64,000 bases of DNA, taken from positions 40,837-104,836 of the forward strand of contig NZ_CAUTAP010000002.1 of the NCBI RefSeq assembly GCF_963536705.1. Reading direction: 5' to 3'. A program made the position numbers and the translations under genes. The notes under the pieces are model-generated. The model had not been told where the DNA came from. It ran no database searches and saw only the letters and a program-made list of their open reading frames with translations. The stretch is from an uncultured Streptococcus sp. Its GTDB lineage: Bacteria; Bacillota; Bacilli; Lactobacillales; Streptococcaceae. Positions 61,921 through 64,000 of this stretch are shown piece after piece; positions within the stretch are counted from its first letter, which is position 1, and each line of letters begins with the position of its first letter.

Positions 61921-64000
61921 ATGAAAACAGTAAAAGAAAGATTAGTTGCTGCCCTGCAGCTTCCTGTAACAGAAACTCTGGCATTTTACAAGAGTTCCTT
62001 TCGTGGCCTGACAGAAGAGCAGGTCGAAGAAAATCGTGACCTCTATGGTGAAAATATCATCACAAAGGGTCAGGAAGACTCTATTCTAAAGAAAATTTAC
62101 GAGTCTATCATTAACCCCTTTACAGTCATCCTATTGGTGATTGCCCTCGTGTCCTTAGTGACCAATGTTTGGCTGGCTAAGCCTGGTGAGGAAGATCCGA
62201 CGACTTCCATCATCATTGTTGTTCTGGTGCTGATTTCTGGAGGCATTCGTTTTGTTCAGGAATTGCGGAGTGACCGCGCTGCTAGCAATCTGTCTCGGTT
62301 GATTGTCAACACTGCTACGGTTATCCGTGAAGGAGCAGAGCAGGAACTGCCGATTGATGAGCTTGTTGTAGGAGATATCATCAAGCTTAGTGCCGGAGAC
62401 ATGATTCCTGCAGATGTGCTGCTACTGGATTCGCGTGATTTCTTTGTTCAGCAGTCCGGCCTGACAGGGGAAAGTGATGCAGTAGAAAAGGTCTGTTTGG
62501 CCAAGTCAGATGAACAAAATCTCGATAGCCTTTTAGAAACAGAGTCGCTAGCCTTTATGGGAACCAATGTTATTTCCGGAAGAGCTACGGCTCTAGTGCT
62601 GGTGGTTGGTGATGAGACCATGATGGGAGCCATTGAGCAGACACTGAACACCTACGATGAGCCAACCTCTTTTGAGCGCGAGATGAATAGCATTTCCTGG
62701 CTCTTGATTCGTCTGATGCTCGTCATGGTGCCGGTCGTGTTCTTCATCAACGGTTTGACAGATGGCGACTGGCTGGAAGCAGGTGTCTTTGCCCTCAGCG
62801 TTGGGGTCGGCCTGACTCCAGAAATGCTGCCTATGATTATCACAGCGAGCCTGGCTAAAGGTTCCATTATTATGGCTCAGGAAAAGGTCGTGATTAAGAA
62901 GCTGAACGCTATTCAGGACCTAGGAGCTATTGATATCCTTTGTACGGATAAGACAGGCACACTGACTCAAGACGAGATTGTGTTAGAATACCCGCTGGAT
63001 ATTCATGGTGATTTGGACTTAGCAGTGCTCCGTCGTGCCTTTCTCAATTCCTACTATCAAACTGGTCTCAAAAACCTCATGGATCGAGCTATTATCAACC
63101 GGACGGAGAAAGAAGCAGAAAAGCATGAGATTGTCCGTAATCTAGACCAAACCTTTAAGAAAATTGATGAACTGCCCTTTGATTTCGAGCGTCGTCGTAT
63201 GAGCGTTATCGTTAAGGATGATGAGGATGTTATCAGCATGGTGACCAAGGGGGCCTTGGAGGAAATGCTGGCTATCTCTAGCCATGTAGAATACAAGAAA
63301 CGCATTACGGAATTGACTGAGGAGATTCGTCAGGAAATCCTTGCGGAAGTGGCTCAACTCAATGAGCAAGGGCTGCGCGTGCTTGGTGTTAGCTACAAGT
63401 CAGACTTAGAAGAAGATTACGACTATGAAGTGAAGGATGAGTCCGACATGGTTTTGACGGGCTATCTGGCCTTTCTAGATCCTCCTAAGTCATCTGCGGC
63501 TCCAGCTATTGAAACCTTGGCTGAGTACGGAGTTGCCACTAAGATTTTGACGGGTGATAATGATAAGGTAACCCAGGCAGTCTGTGAAAAGGTTGGGTTA
63601 AATGTAGACAATATCTTGCTGGGTGTAGAGGTAGATGCTTTATCAGATGAGGAATTGAGCCAAGCAGTAGAGCATACAACGGTTTTTGCCAAGCTCTCAC
63701 CTGACCAAAAAGCTCGGATCATTCTCCAACTCAAGGCCAATGGCCACAAGGTTGGCTACATGGGTGATGGTATCAATGATGCACCTTCTATGAAGGTAGC
63801 AGATGTTGGTATTTCTGTTGATTCAGCTGTCGATATTGCTAAGGAAACAGCAGATGTCATTCTGCTTGACAAGGACCTCATGGTTCTAGAGAAAGGTCTG
63901 GTAGAAGGACGCAAGGTCTATGCCAATATGACCAAGTATATCAAGATGACAGTCAGTTCCAATTTTGGGAATATCTTTTCTCTCCTCTTTGCCAGTATCT
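61921..64000 (+). CDS. mgtA: Mg2+-translocating P-type ATPase (runs off the window end)
   Basis: Open frame from ATG 61921 (AAGGAG SD); LTGES, TPEMLP, DKTGTLT, TGD and GDGINDAP motifs; missing from the ORF track because it has no stop in the window. Confidence 0.95.
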   Translation, partial: MKTVKERLVAALQLPVTETLAFYKSSFRGLTEEQVEENRDLYGENIITKGQEDSILKKIYESIINPFTVILLVIALVSLVTNVWLAKPGEEDPTTSIIIVVLVLISGGIRFVQELRSDRAASNLSRLIVNTATVIREGAEQELPIDELVVGDIIKLSAGDMIPADVLLLDSRDFFVQQSGLTGESDAVEKVCLAKSDEQNLDSLLETESLAFMGTNVISGRATALVLVVGDETMMGAIEQTLNTYDEPTSFEREMNSISWLLIRLMLVMVPVVFFINGLTDGDWLEAGVFALSVGVGLTPEMLPMIITASLAKGSIIMAQEKVVIKKLNAIQDLGAIDILCTDKTGTLTQDEIVLEYPLDIHGDLDLAVLRRAFLNSYYQTGLKNLMDRAIINRTEKEAEKHEIVRNLDQTFKKIDELPFDFERRRMSVIVKDDEDVISMVTKGALEEMLAISSHVEYKKRITELTEEIRQEILAEVAQLNEQGLRVLGVSYKSDLEEDYDYEVKDESDMVLTGYLAFLDPPKSSAAPAIETLAEYGVATKILTGDNDKVTQAVCEKVGLNVDNILLGVEVDALSDEELSQAVEHTTVFAKLSPDQKARIILQLKANGHKVGYMGDGINDAPSMKVADVGISVDSAVDIAKETADVILLDKDLMVLEKGLVEGRKVYANMTKYIKMTVSSNFGNIFSLLFASI

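Noticed and set aside
62448..63749. Minus-strand ORFs at the window end
   Set aside because: They are antisense shadows of the continuous mgtA frame

Overview
This is a 64-kb chromosomal window from an oral streptococcus; gene content and order are most consistent with Streptococcus sanguinis. Most of it is core genome: mltG, greA, a relP plus two-component operon, yidC, lysA, murI-rdgB-xerD-scpAB-rluB, trkAH, trmL, FMN riboswitch-ribU, ytqA/ytqB, the trehalose PTS locus, an LPXTG nuclease, pflA, ppaC, an Fhu-type iron ABC system, murE, murJ, metB-patB and an M-box riboswitch upstream of mgtA. Four accessory regions stand out. (1) 33.6-39.1 kb: five tandem paralogous membrane-anchored proteins, then a 503-aa protein with a lipase-like N-terminus and helical C-terminus, then two small helical proteins. 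This is the layout of a reverse-arrangement type VII secretion toxin/immunity locus, and every paralog still ends in the first codons of a toxin gene. (2) 25.4-28.4 kb: AT-rich, co-oriented genes bounded by a repeated ACAAA-N6-TTT site and a duplicated terminator block, resembling a gene-cassette array with no adjacent integrase. (3) 39.15-39.49 kb: a csRNA-like transcript behind four phased CiaR-type boxes, carrying a 20-codon ORF. (4) A foreign-looking glutathione S-transferase and a short leader ORF placed between the Mg2+ riboswitch and mgtA. All calls come from reading the sequence; no searches were run.
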